Assembly: GCA_951406725.2 (NCBI GenBank)
Contig: OX597815.1
Coordinates: 214,644,001 to 214,708,000, forward strand
Direction: 5' to 3'
DNA length: 64,000 nt
From: Octopus vulgaris
Taxonomy: Eukaryota
The position numbers were made by a program, and so were the translations under genes. The notes beneath the pieces were generated by a model that ran no database searches, was not told the origin of the DNA, and saw nothing but the letters and a program-made list of their open reading frames with translations. This document shows positions 1 through 12,014 of this stretch, in pieces. Each line of letters begins with the position of its first letter. Position 1 is the first letter of the stretch.

Positions 1-223
1 ACCCAGATGGATACACATATACACATAATATATACTTGCAACCCCTTAGCTTTTCACAACTACACAATCCTTTGCATTGTGGCATAACCATAAATATAGA
101 ACCTATACATATGAGTACACATGGTAACAGAAGTGGCTGTGTGGTTTATATGTTTGGTTTTGCTTTTGCAACCACTTGATCTGAGGTTCAATTCTCTGTA
201 CAACCCTTTGGCCATGTGTAAGC

Positions 224-743
224 TCTATATATAAAAGGCTGGATGTGTGTGTGTGTGTATACATGAATGTAATTTATGCGCATCCACATGTCGCTCCAAT
301 TTTAGGAGAACATTCATTATGACCCTAGCTGTATTGTTGTCAGCTTATTTTTCCCAGAGGCACCATTGAATAGTAGTAAAAATAAATTTCCAACCAAAAC
401 TTTTAACAATTTTCAAGTCGGAGAAATCACCATTGTTTGCAAACTGGAGTTAAGTCCCCTTCTAGCAATGAGTAAGTTTTTGTTAAGATTTTTGGTGTTT
501 TTTTTTCCATCGAGGAAATAAGTGTTTTGTTGATATATGGGCAACACACATACGAACATGTATGCGTACAAAAAACATGTATGCAATAGGTGTATGTACG
601 TACATGTGCATGTGTGTTGCCATATATATATATATATAAACCAATTTCAACGGATTTTGTTACTTAGTTTGGTTTGGAATAAAGAACTTGATTAGCTTAA
701 TAATCCTAACTTAATCCCGGGCAAAGCCAGGTTATACTGCTAG
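224..743 (+). mobile_element. Non-autonomous Helitron-like element nested in a decayed SINE
   Basis: 5' TC(TATATATAAAAG) start; 3' GC-rich hairpin remnant cccgggcaaagccagg, then CTAG|T at 740-744; flanks (125-223, 744-850) join into one decayed family-A SINE. Confidence 0.65.
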
Positions 744-1759
744 TCTACAATAAACTTAAGTGGTTCAATGACTGGTATGTGGAATATGGCTGACAGAAAA
801 CTCTGTAGAATCCCATGGCATGTGTGTGTGTGTGTGTGTGTGTGTACATAAATGCATAGTGTTGTGATACAGTTGCCAGAAAACTTATAAAACAGGACAT
901 GCAAACTAGAAAGTAACTTGTGGTATTTAATGCATCCCAATTGCACAGATGCTCCATTGTCATTTTTGTTACCAGAAACACTAGGAATCAGTGATTGACC
1001 CCTTCACCCCCACTTTGGAAACCTATAATCAATGTTGCTTTTGTTCCCATATAAAATACAAAATAAACCTGCATACTGATATATTCATGGAAATTTATGC
1101 TGAAACTATCTTATGTACATGAATTAATAGATATTCACTGTGGAGAAGTCAGCTGGGCAAAAGAGGTGAGAAGCCTGCTCCTCCTTCTACATAAATACAT
1201 TGCTTAGTTTCCATCTTTGCTCAACGTGAGGCAGTGATAGAAGACTCTTGTCCCAACTGCTAAATTTCTCTGTCGTGTACTTACTTTCTTGTACTTGTGA
1301 CGGCATTCACCCAGGGTGGGTTGAGCCGGCTTCTTCTCTGGTCCAGACAGCATCACGAACCATGGTGGCTCACACTCGACTGTCTCCGTGTCATGGCATT
1401 AATATAAATTGACAATTTGCATCACTAGAAGGAGGAGGTGGAGGAGAAGAAGAAGAAGAAGAAGGTGGTGATGGTGATGTGATGGTGATGCATTCTATGA
1501 ATTTCTTCCAAGCTGTAACTGTTTTCTGTCTATAAAAAAATGTCTAGCGTCATTTCATTTAGAAAATGTTTAATTAATATTTTCAGAATGAAATGGTGCC
1601 ATATATGGTTACCTCAGACTGGAAGTTTTAAGAACATTGTAATAAGTAAACAACAACAAAAATTAAATATGTGTATTCTATGCATCTTCTTTCTTATTCT
1701 TTAATTTCAAATTGAAACTTCTAATTCCACCAAATATTATGAAGAAACGATTATCTTCC

Positions 1760-2465
1760 TTGTATTAACTTCTTCTAAGTGATACTAGAAATTTTATTGT
1801 GTTTTTTTTTTCCAATAATACCTTCTGGTTGGTGATCATATTTTCTGTCTGTTCTGAATGATTGCAAATTTCCTACTAACTTTCCAAGGCATCTCTTACC
1901 TCAGCCCCACTTTACCAATTGTTTAATATTTTTTTGTGCCAATGATGTATATAATATTGCTGATACTTTTATTTACATGGCCACGTATCCAACACTTGCC
2001 ATTTTGCTAGCTCTTTATATTCTTATCCAACTTAATGTTTCATTCCTTTCTATTTCACCTTTTCATCTTTCAACACATCAAAGCTTTATGTTTTCTTTCT
2101 GCTCCAGTAACTTAATTACCTAGTTTTTCTGGAAAGGTGAGACTATAAACCTTTACTCTTTTCCCTTCTTATTCAAAGTATGACACAGTTATCAATACCA
2201 AACTGCATCCAAATATTTCTGCAATAAATTCTTTCAAGCTGTATCAAAGAATCCAATGTTTCTGTTCTGCTTTCAAGTTTGAAAACATCTGTGAACATTA
2301 AAAGGCAGTTCTTTTTTGTCTTCCTCATATTTATGCCTTGTTAAACATTGAGTTACATCTCTTGCCAATATACATGAGACTTTCAGTCCAAAATCCATAA
2401 TATCCATTTAGGCTTTGTGAGTATCCATTCTGGAACCTTCTTTAGCTTCTTTCACTGCTGCATCC
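1760..2465 (-). mobile_element. Heavily decayed R4/Dong-like non-LTR retrotransposon fragment (CCHC/pre-REL region)
   Basis: Minus-strand remnants read KCW.RG...SISNII...LAQK..GKVG..PWKVSRKF...KYDHQPEGII, in the order of the C..C...E(T)I.HI...LAQ.EY..RHD.V...HW....WYEHQPE motifs of R4/Dong elements; many stops and frameshifts. Confidence 0.55.
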
Positions 2466-2480
2466 ATTGTGCGTCCATTT

Positions 2481-2699
2481 TCTACTTATCTTTTATCTTT
2501 CACAGGTTTCAGTCATTGGACTGCAGCCATGCTGGGGCACAACTTTGAAGAGTTTTAGTGAACTAAATTCCCCCCAGGACTTCTTTTTTTTAAGCTTAGT
2601 CCTTATTCTATCGGTCTCTTATGCCAGACCATTATGTTATGGGGATGTGAACACACCAACACTAGTTATCAAGCAGTGGTGGAGGACAAACACACACAG

Positions 2700-2738
<39 letters not shown>

Positions 2739-2922
2739 CATACAAACACACACACACACACAGCAAGCTTCTTTCAGTTTCCACCTACCAAATCCACTAG
2801 CAAGGCTTTGCTCAGCCTGAGGCTAAAGTAGAAGACATTTGCCCAAGGTGTCACACCATGGAACTGAACCCAGAACCATGTGCTTAGGAAACAAGCTTCT
2901 TATCACACTGCCACACCTGTAT
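2481..2922 (-). mobile_element. tRNA-headed SINE family A (CORE-like box, internal microsatellite)
   Basis: Reverse complement of the family seen full-length at 32987-33397 and 61141-61550. Confidence 0.85.
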
Positions 2923-3310
2923 CATGTTATATTTCATTATATTACTGGTACCTGTTTTTTTGATACTTTGAGGGTATGGAAGTAAAACGTACCCATGGAA
3001 TGCTTCAACTCAAAAAAATACAAAGCAAGATGATGAAATGCTGCTGAGGATTTTGTCTGCTGCCTTCCTACCATTTCTTTTGACTTGGCACCATACCTCA
3101 AACTATTTCAAAGAAAAAGGAAAGAGAAGCTTCATCTTTTTCCAAACTGGAAATGTAAACAATATGAAATGACTTTGAGGCCCAATTGTTACTGCTGGCA
3201 TCTGAGGGTCTTCTAAACAGAAGTAATCTAAACGTAAACAAAGAATTTGGCACATGGCAACAGACTGGCAACAACAGCTGGCTTTTAAGATGAAAACTAG
3301 CTGCTTCAAT

Positions 3311-3645
3311 TGTGGTTATTCAGTGGTTAGAGTGTTGGGCTCACAATCACGAGGTTGTGAGTTCAATTCCCAGACCAGTCTGTCTATTGTGTTCTTAAAC
3401 AAGACACATTATTTCACATTGCTCCAGTTCACTCAGCTGTAGAAATTAGTTGTGATGTCACTAGTGCCAATCTGTATCGGCCTCTTTACCTTTCCATTGG
3501 ATAACATCGGTGACGTGGAGAGGAGAGGCTGGTATGCATGGGTGAATGCTGGTCTTCCATAAACAACTTTGCCTGGACTTGTGCCACAGAGGGTAACTTT
3601 CTAGGTGCAATCCCATGGTCATTCACGACCAAAGTAGGTCTCTAC
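3311..3645 (+). mobile_element. tRNA-headed CORE-like SINE (family F)
   Basis: A/B-box-like head (cagtggttagag ... gagttcaattcc) and CORE-like ttcacattgctccagttcactcagctgtagaaat; homologues at 25575-25775 (+) and 45540-45885 (-). Confidence 0.75.
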
Positions 3646-3789
3646 TCTTTACTACTAATTACACATTGTGAAAGGTTGTCCTGAATGTATTATATTTGAA
3701 AATTAAATGTGAAGGTCATGGGATTGAATGCCAAGTGGCTGTCTTGTAAAAGAGATTTCATGTAAACCCTTAAGTGAATCTGGATGGAA

Positions 3790-3996
3790 AGGCGGCAAGC
3801 TAGCAGAACTGTTAGCGTGCCGGGCGAAATGTTTAGCAGTCTGTCTTTACATTTTGAGTTCAAATTCCGCCGAGGTCGACTTTGCCTTTCATCTTTTCAG
3901 GGTTAATAAATTAAATACCAATTGAGTCCTGGGGTCAATCTAATCGACTGGTCCCCTCCTTCGAAATTTCAGGCCTTGTACTAGAGTAGAAAAGAA
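3790..3996 (+). mobile_element. SINE family B with Meta-domain-like core
   Basis: ggcggcaagctagcagaa head; core gaggtcgactttgcctttcatcttttcagggttaataaattaaatacca resembles the MetaSINE domain; many other copies in the window. Confidence 0.75.
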
Positions 3997-5271
3997 TCTG
4001 GTAGATGGAAACTGAACAAAATCTGTCACCTCTTAATGTGTGTATTTGTATGATTATGTGTGTGTTTGTGAGCTTGTACCATTTTGTCTTCACATTGCAT
4101 GCTGTCTGTAAGTTAATATTCATACAAAAACAGTGTCATTTGTTTGAAAATTTCCATGAAGCACCAAGCATTGAGCTGCTTGTGTTAACAATGGAAAATA
4201 TCACCTTTCTTGGAAACAGTCAGGTGTTGGCAACAGGACCTCGTCCTGAGGCTATCTGCAGAAAATGTGCCCCAATGAATTTTGACTATTCCATGCAAGC
4301 AAGGAAAAGTACAAGCAAGGAAAAGTGTACATTTAAACAGCAGTGGTGATGGTGATGGTAATAGTGGTTGCAGTGGTGGAAGTGGTGGGGATGGTGTTTG
4401 AATAGATGTGTCTGTCTTTGTATGCACATGTTTTTGATGTGTATCTTCTATGTATAAATTTATGTTAATAAGAAAAAGAAAGCATTATCCATAATTAGAT
4501 TTCGTTCAGAACACACTTATTTGTTCTCATCAGTTATGACACACAACTGCATCTGTATACATACATACATACATACATATATATATATATATGTTCTAAG
4601 TATATTTGATGCCTACATCATGGTGAATTTTCTGAACAATATTGTACTGAATGCTAATCTAATCCTGTATCAGTGAGTCTAGTGGTTGTTTATTTCCAAC
4701 CTCCTACCCCCAGGCTAAATATGGTTGCATCCTATAATTGCAACACCCAGTCACATTATTATTTAAGTCAACAGCTGTTCAGCCTGACATTGAACTTGTG
4801 CTTAATAATAACTTGTCTGCTGAAAAAGCGATGCTACCACTCTATGAAGCAGACACTTATCTAGTGCAGGTATTTATTAATGAATTCATATAGAAATAAA
4901 ACCCACATATCTATTTGTCTAGCTATACGAATGTACGTACATGCATACATACATATCTGTGAGTGTGTACATATATATATTATCATCATCATAAATATTG
5001 ATGATGATGTTATGTAAGTATGTATTAGAATGTCAATATTCTTGAAAAACCAATGTGTGTGTATATACGTATATGTATGTATATACACACATATATAGGC
5101 GCAGGAGTGGCTGTGTGGTAAGTAGCTTGCTTACCAACCACATGGTTCCAGGTTAATTCCCATTGCATGGCACCTTGGGCAACTGTCTTCTACTATAGCC
5201 TCGGGTCGACCAAAGCCTTGTGAGTGGATTTGGTAGACGGAAACTGAAAGAAGCCTGTCGTCTATATCTAT

Positions 5272-6085
5272 ATCATCATCATCATCATCATTTAACGTCC
5301 GTTTTCCATGCTAGCATGGGTTGGACGGTTCAACTGGGGTCTGGCTGCACCAGGCCCAGTCTGATCTGGCAGTGTTTCTACAGCTGAATGCCCTTCCTAA
5401 TGCCAACCACTCCGAGAGTGTAGTGGGTGCTTTTTACGTGCCACCGGCACAGGTGCCAGAGGAGGCTGGCAGATGGCCACGATCAGATGGTGCATTCTAC
5501 GTGCCACCGGCACGGGGACCAGACGAAGCTGGCAACGGCCACGGTTGGATGATGCTTTTTATGTGCCACCAGCACAGAGGCCAGTCGGGCGGCGCTGGCA
5601 ACGGCCACGTTTGGATGGTTCTCTTACGTGCCACCGGCACTGGTATCACAGCTACAGATTCCATTGATGTTGATAGATTACGATTTTGATTTTGATTTTG
5701 ATTTTCACGTGCCTCAACAAGTCTTCACAAGTGGAGTTTTGTGTCCCAAGAAGGAAGGAATGCATAAGTCGACTGGCTACATACCAGGTAGAGGCCACGG
5801 GTTATGGTCTCACTTTTCCTGCAGGGTCTTCTCACGCACATCATACTTCCATAGGTCTCGGTCTCTAGTCATTTCCTCGGTGAGACCTAAACTTCGAAGG
5901 TCATGCTTCACCACCTCGTCCCAGGTTTTCCTGGGTCTGCCTCTTCCACAGGTTCCTTCAACCGCTAGGGTGTGGCACTTTTTCACACAACTATCTTCAT
6001 CCATTCTCGCCACATGACCATACCAGCGCAAACGTCTCTCTTGCACACCACAACTGATGCTTCTTAGGTCCAGCTTTTCTCTCAA
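5272..6085 (-). mobile_element. 5'-truncated RTE-clade LINE (ORF C-terminus 5810-6085, 3' UTR hairpin array, (GAT)n tail)
   Basis: ORF: RRLRWYGHVARMDEDSCVKKC...GRGRPRKTWDEVVKHDL...DRDLW; tail ...ggacgttaaatgatgatgat. Confidence 0.9.
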
Positions 6086-6149
6086 AGAAGCATCAGTTGG
6101 ACCTAAGAAGCATCAGCTGTGATGTATATATGTATATATATATATATGT

Positions 6150-6550
6150 CATCATCATCATCTTCATTGTTTAACGTCCGTTTTCCATGCTAGCATGGGT
6201 TGGATGATTTGACTGAGGTCTGGCGAACCAGATGGCTGCACCAGGCTCCAATCTGATCTGGCAGTGTTTCTACAGCTGGATGCCCTTCCTAACGCCAACC
6301 ACTCCGAGAGTGCAGTGAGTGCTTTTACGTGCCACCTGCACAAGAGCCAGTTTGGTGGTACTGGTAGTGGCCACTCTCAAATGGTGTTTTTTACGTGCCA
6401 CCTGCATTGGAGCCAGTCCAGCGGCACTGGTAACAACCTCGCTCCAACGTTTTTTACACATGCCACCAGCCAGCACAAGTGCTAGTAAGGCGACGCAGGT
6501 AATGATCACGCTCAAATGGTGTTTTTACGTACCATCAGCATGGAGGCCAG

Positions 6551-6551
<1 letters not shown>
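6150..6551 (-). mobile_element. RTE 3'-UTR-only copy (hairpin array plus (GAT)n tail)
   Basis: Same terminal ~190 bp and gtgccacc(t/g)gcac units as 5272-5640; no ORF. Confidence 0.85.
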
Positions 6552-6610
<59 letters not shown>

Positions 6611-6860
6611 TATATATATGCATATATATATGTGTGTGTGTGTGTGTGTGTATATGTTTGTGTGTCTGTGTTTGTCTTCCCAATATTGCTTGACAACCAA
6701 TGCTGGTGTGTTTATGTCCCCGTAACTTAGCAAAAGAGACCAATAGAATAAGTACTAGGCTTACACAGAATAAGCTCTGGGGTCGATTTGCTCGACTAAA
6801 GGTGGTGCTCTAGTATGGCCGCAGTCTAATGACTGAAACAAGTAAAAGAGAGTAAAAGAA

Positions 6861-6912
<52 letters not shown>

Positions 6913-6949
6913 GTGTGTATGAATAAAAGATGTGATCGTCATGTTTGGA

Positions 6950-7410
6950 ATGGTTTTGTGTCAGCTCTTTTGAGGCTGACCTAGGAATAAACAGCAAGAA
7001 CTTCATGTGGGAACATTAACTTCTGTTTGATAATTTTCTCAAAATTCAAGATGGAAGAGTTTAAACTCTTACAAAACCAACAAAGCTGACAGTTAAATGA
7101 AGAACGTCAGAAGAAATTGTAAAACATAAGCCACGATCCACTTGAAACCTGAAAATATTGGTACCACTCCAAAAAAGCTGTACTACACTGCTTCACTCTC
7201 ACTACCTCATAACACCACTTCCCTTTATCATATAAAATGCTACAAAATCTCTCCAAACTATCACATGTCAATATTTTGTCTGTCTTTCTCTTTTTTGCAT
7301 ATAACTTTTTAAAACAACTTCAGCTTCTTGAAAACAACTTGTTTAAGCTGTGAAATCCACAAACAGCTCACTTTTCCATTAAAGGCTTTTCACACTAATC
7401 TTATGTAATA
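6950..7410 (-). pseudogene. Fossil ORF fragment, unknown family
   Basis: Reads HKISVKSL*WKSELFVDF (7405-7352), colinear with YRISVNRLGSQATVYIDF at 37143-37090. Confidence 0.4.
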
Positions 7411-7507
7411 TGTTGTAAAATATGGTAAAGAAAAATAAATAAAATCTAGCATTCTGTCAGATGATATAAAAGTTCAGTTAAAAGCAAGTGGAATTTTTTC
7501 CATTTTA

Positions 7508-7676
7508 TAGGTGCTGGCATGGTTGTGTGGCAAAGAATTTTACTTTCGATCCACGTGGTTTTGGGTTCAGTCCCACTGCATGTATCACATTGGACATGTA
7601 TCTTCTGCAATCTATAGGTACAGGTTGAACAAAGCTTTGTGAGTAGATTTGGTAGATGGAAACTGAAAGGAGCCTA
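7508..7676 (+). mobile_element. Family-A SINE head
   Basis: Homology to 32987-33150; runs directly into the giant microsatellite. Confidence 0.75.
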
Positions 7677-7679
7677 TAA

Positions 7680-8281
7680 ATATATAAATATACATGTGTG
7701 TGTGTGTACATGTGTGTGTATGTGTGTGTGTGTGTGTGTGTATGTATATATATATATATATGTGTGGGTGTGTGTGTGAACGTGCATATATATATGTGTA
7801 TATATATATATATGTGTGTGTATATATGCATGTATATATGTATGTAAATGTATATATATGTGTGTGTATATATATGTCTATATGTATGTATATATATATG
7901 TATATATATGTATATATGTGTGTATATATATATATATGTATATATATATGTATATATATGTATATATGTGTGTATATATATATATATGTATGTATATATG
8001 TATATAAGAATATATATGAATATATATATATATATATCTAAGTTATCTAAGTTATATATATATGAATATATATTTGTATATATGAATATGTTTGCATATG
8101 TATATATGTGCTTGTGTATATATATAATATATGTGTATATATATATGTGCATATATATATATATATATGTTTATATATATGTATATATATATATATGTAT
8201 AAATATATATGTATTTATATATATATGTATAAATATATATGTATATATACATATATGTGTGTATATGTATATATATGAATA

Positions 8282-8353
<72 letters not shown>

Positions 8354-8585
8354 TGCATACATTTATGTGTATGTATATGTGTATATATAGATATGTATAT
8401 ATATGTATATATATATATGTATATACATATATATGTGTATATATAGATATGTATATGTGTATATATAGATATGTATATATATGTATATATATATATGTAT
8501 ATATATATATGTATATACATATATATGTATATATATATGTGTATATATATGTATATATATATATGTATATACATATATGTATATA

Positions 8586-8628
<43 letters not shown>

Positions 8629-8663
8629 GTGTATATATATATGTATATATATATATGTATATA

Positions 8664-8695
<32 letters not shown>

Positions 8696-8737
8696 GATAC
8701 ATCTATATATATGTGTATATATATATATATATATATA
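7680..8737. repeat. ~1-kb compound (TA)n/(TG)n microsatellite
   Basis: Seen directly; accounts for all YI/YM/CV-rich ORFs here. Confidence 0.97.
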
Positions 8738-8935
8738 AAATGTGACCGCATGTAAACCGTTGGCGATTTTTTTTTCCTCCGTCTTCCCTTCTCTGGATCT
8801 TTCCTTTTCCTATGTTTCTGACGAACAGCTCTGCGCGAAACATAAAATCCTCCTTCTTCCCTTCATTCCTGAACATCCAATAATAATATATTTGTTCCAT
8901 GTCCTCGCGTTGTTGTGTTTGTCATGTTTGGATTA
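8738..8935 (+). mobile_element. Penelope-pLTR-like fragment with decayed hammerhead-like motif
   Basis: gttt-ctgacga-acagctctgcgc-gaaac-ataaaat at 8814-8848; second copy at 49527-49740; flanked by (TA)n. Confidence 0.5.
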
Positions 8936-9447
8936 GTGTTATATATATATATATATATATAATAAATATTAGGGAATAAATCCAAATTAAGTCTTTCTTT
9001 GTTTGATTTGCAAAATAGTGGTTTTGTCTCTAATTAATATTATATATATATATATATACATTATATGTATATTTTATACATATTTTATATCCAACTCTTG
9101 CTAGCATGGAAAATGATCATTAAATGATGATGATGATGATGATGGTTCAATAACAATTTAACTCCAACATATAACTCCAACCAAAAGAGATTTCCTTGTT
9201 TATAAGGATTACCATTATATTTTAGTATGGCAGCAATTTAATCCTTCTCTAAAAGAAAAGTTAACTATTTTGGCTGTTTGGTGAGTAACACCTGTGAAAG
9301 TTCAAGGAAATTATTAATTATTTTGAATATTATATTATTTCATTCTTATGTGTTATATATTTTATATATCCCATTCCTGAGTATTATGTATAATTTATCC
9401 CCACTTAAATGTGGATGTTCTTTTAGTGCAGACTATACTGCAGTAGT

Positions 9448-9704
9448 GTGTGGAGGCACATGGCTTAGTGGTTAGGGTGTCAGCATCATGATCGTAAGAT
9501 TGTGGTTTCAATTCCTGGACCGGGTGACGCAGTGTGTTCTTGAGCAAAACACTTCATTTCACGTTGCTCCAGTCCACTCAGCTGGCAAAAATGAGTAACG
9601 CTGCGATGGACTGGCATCCCGTCCAGCTGGGGAACACATACGCCATAGAAACCGGGAAACCGGGCCCATGAGCATGGCTAGGCTTTAAAAAAGGCGCATT
9701 TCAT
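9448..9704 (+). mobile_element. Full-length tRNA-headed CORE-like SINE (family G) with 14-bp TSD
   Basis: TSD tatactgcagtagt at 9434-9447 and 9705-9718; A box tggcttagtgg, B-box-like ggtttcaattcc; close copy at 27924-28170. Confidence 0.9.
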
Positions 9705-9720
9705 TATACTGCAGTAGTTA

Positions 9721-9921
9721 CCCTGAGAGAAACCCTCATATTGGTTTTTGGTGCAAAATGCACTCTTGTTTATATTATTAAGGAGGAGATAAATACCCCC
9801 ATCCCCAATCACATGATCTGGGGATCTTGGTGCTGGTGGTAGTGGGGATTTATCTCCCTGCTAACAATATAAACAAGTGTGAATTTTGCACTAAAATCCA
9901 GTATGAAGGTGTCTCTCGTAG
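9721..9921. mobile_element. TA-flanked MITE with ~80-bp imperfect TIRs
   Basis: gagagaaaccctcatattggtttttggtgcaaaatgcactcttgtttatatt... is mirrored at 9845-9921; TA on both sides. Confidence 0.8.
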
Positions 9922-10320
9922 TATCTACCACAGTATAGATTGTTCTAAAAGAACATTAACGTTTAAGTGGGGATAAATATTACCTCTTGGTATTAAAACT
10001 GCCCTTGTCACTAATAAATATTCTTCTACCCATCCCTTTCTTGTTCTGCTCTTTTTTTTTTCGTGTGTGTGTGTGTGTGATAATAGTTTCTTTGTTTCAA
10101 TCTCCATATAAAGCCATTCTGCAAGTAATTTCACCTCTCAAAGTATAAAGTTAAATTCTCACATGCAGAGGAAATATTAGGAAGAATTATGGAGCCAGGG
10201 AAATAACATGCGGATGATTATTGTTTGTGTAAAATTGTTAAAATTTTCTCGTTTTTTTTTAATTTTTATTTTTTATATATTTTCATCAGGGAAGAAGGTA
10301 GAGCCCATGAGCCTTTAAAG

Positions 10321-10637
10321 CAGGGATCTGTGAACTGGGATAAATTACCCCAAGTAGGGTAAAAATGAAATTTTTGTGGGTAATGAGGACTCATTAGACA
10401 TAAGTAAAATTATATAAAAAAACGTGTTCCTTCTTATGACAGAAATTTTTTTCTGACAATTCTGCATCTGTCCAATGGCTGTGGAAATAGATTCGTATAA
10501 ATCAATTCAGGAAAATAGATTTAATAAACCTTTTGAATTCAAAGAATCTATGATTTTCTTCCTTTCAAACCAAGGGCGTTATGTCAGTAAAAAAAAATAT
10601 ATTTTGGGGTAATTGGTTAAAAGTTCCCCAACCCCTG
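10321..10637. mobile_element. hAT-like MITE
   Basis: Termini cagggatctgtgaact / agttccccaacccctg; 8-bp flanks ctttaaag and ttttaaag (7/8 match). Confidence 0.7.
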
Positions 10638-11039
10638 TTTTAAAGGGTCTCTGTAATATGTGGGAGGAAGGGAGTGAGAAATCTTCAAACCAAAGATTTG
10701 GCCAGAATGCTTGCATCAAAATGGACATCTATTGAAAGACATTCAAGAGTGATAGGTGCTGACATTAAAACTAAAAACCAGATTCAGTCTTCCATCCTGG
10801 TGGGATATAGCAGGATTTGATCTCAGAATGCAAATACTACAAGGTTCTTACCATTCTGCCTCTCCAACTCACTGGAGAAGTACTTTTTATTTTATCAACC
10901 CTGCAAAATAGATAAAAAATAAAAGGTTGTTACAAAGAGGCAGAAATAAAAATGAAGATACTTGGGATATGAATTTGTGACGATTTGTTTTCTATTTTTT
11001 TTTTGTCCTCAATGAATGAAGGTTAAAAATACATAGTAA

Positions 11040-11290
11040 TGTTAGTTATCAGGTCAATCATCTAACCCTTGTTTAAGTTCAGCTCATCAGGCAAAGAAAT
11101 CTTTTAAAAATAGCATGTTGCTATCGTGTCATTAAGAAAACTGACTGACACAAACCATGTCTGTCCTGCAACTTGTTCAAGCACACATTCGCTTTACTCT
11201 TCAGCAACAATCATTCCATTCTAACTCTTGGATGTTTGACATTCTTTACAGAATTTGCTTATCGTTCTAAATCCTAATGAAAATATTTAA
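11040..11290 (-). pseudogene. Fossil ORF fragment, unknown family
   Basis: Single frame SLGFRTISKFCKECQ...ECVLEQVAGQTWFVSVSFLNDTIATCYF*KISLPDELNLNKG with scattered stops. Confidence 0.3.
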
Positions 11291-12014
11291 TATACCCATC
11301 AAAGGCTACTATATAAATCGGCTTTATTTCTTTATATATTTTTCTAATCTTAATAATGTTATGTACCATGAAAAACCATTACAAAATAATAAAAGTAAAG
11401 TCTATCTTTGAACTGTTAATCTACAGAAGTGTAGAGTCTAAAATAACCATGAAATATTGTTTGTAAATACTTAACACCATCAATTTTTACCAAGACAGAG
11501 ATTATAAAGGGCTGAGCTGGCAGAATCATTAGCAAGTTAGACAAAATGCTAAGCAGCACTTCTTCCAGCTTTACAATCTAAGTTCAAATCCTACTAAGGT
11601 TAGCATTGCCTTTCACCCTTTCAGGATCAATAGAATATGTACAAACTGAACGTTGTTATTGTTTAGCTCCATCTTCCAACATTTCAGTCTTTGTGCTTAT
11701 AATAGGAAAGAATAATATGCAGAGATGAAAAGATGTGATGATAGTAACCCCAGACAGACACTAAGATACGTATATTTATATATGTATGTATGTGTGTGTA
11801 TATGTTTTTTTTGCCTGTGTCCCCCCAACATTGCTTGACAACAGATGCTGGTGTGTTTACGTCCCCGTAACTTAGCGGTTCAGCAAAAGAGATTAATAGA
11901 ATAAGTACTAGGCTTACAAAGAATAAGTCCTGGTGTCAATTTGCTCGACTAAAGGCGTTGCTCCATCATAGCCACACTCAAATGACCTAAAAAAAGTAAG
12001 TAAAAGAGTGTATA

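Larger units (their letters stand above)
5096..6860 (+). mobile_element. Family-A SINE split by insertions (head 5096-5262, tail ~6650-6860)
   Basis: Head and tail match the intact copies; the internal microsatellite is occupied by two RTE-derived inserts. Confidence 0.75.

Noticed and set aside
7505-8755. Many long ORFs (up to 215 aa) rich in Y/I/H/T/C/V
   Set aside because: They are translations of (TA)n/(CA)n microsatellite; the same applies at 31.1, 36.3, 52.6, 55.6 and 60.9 kb
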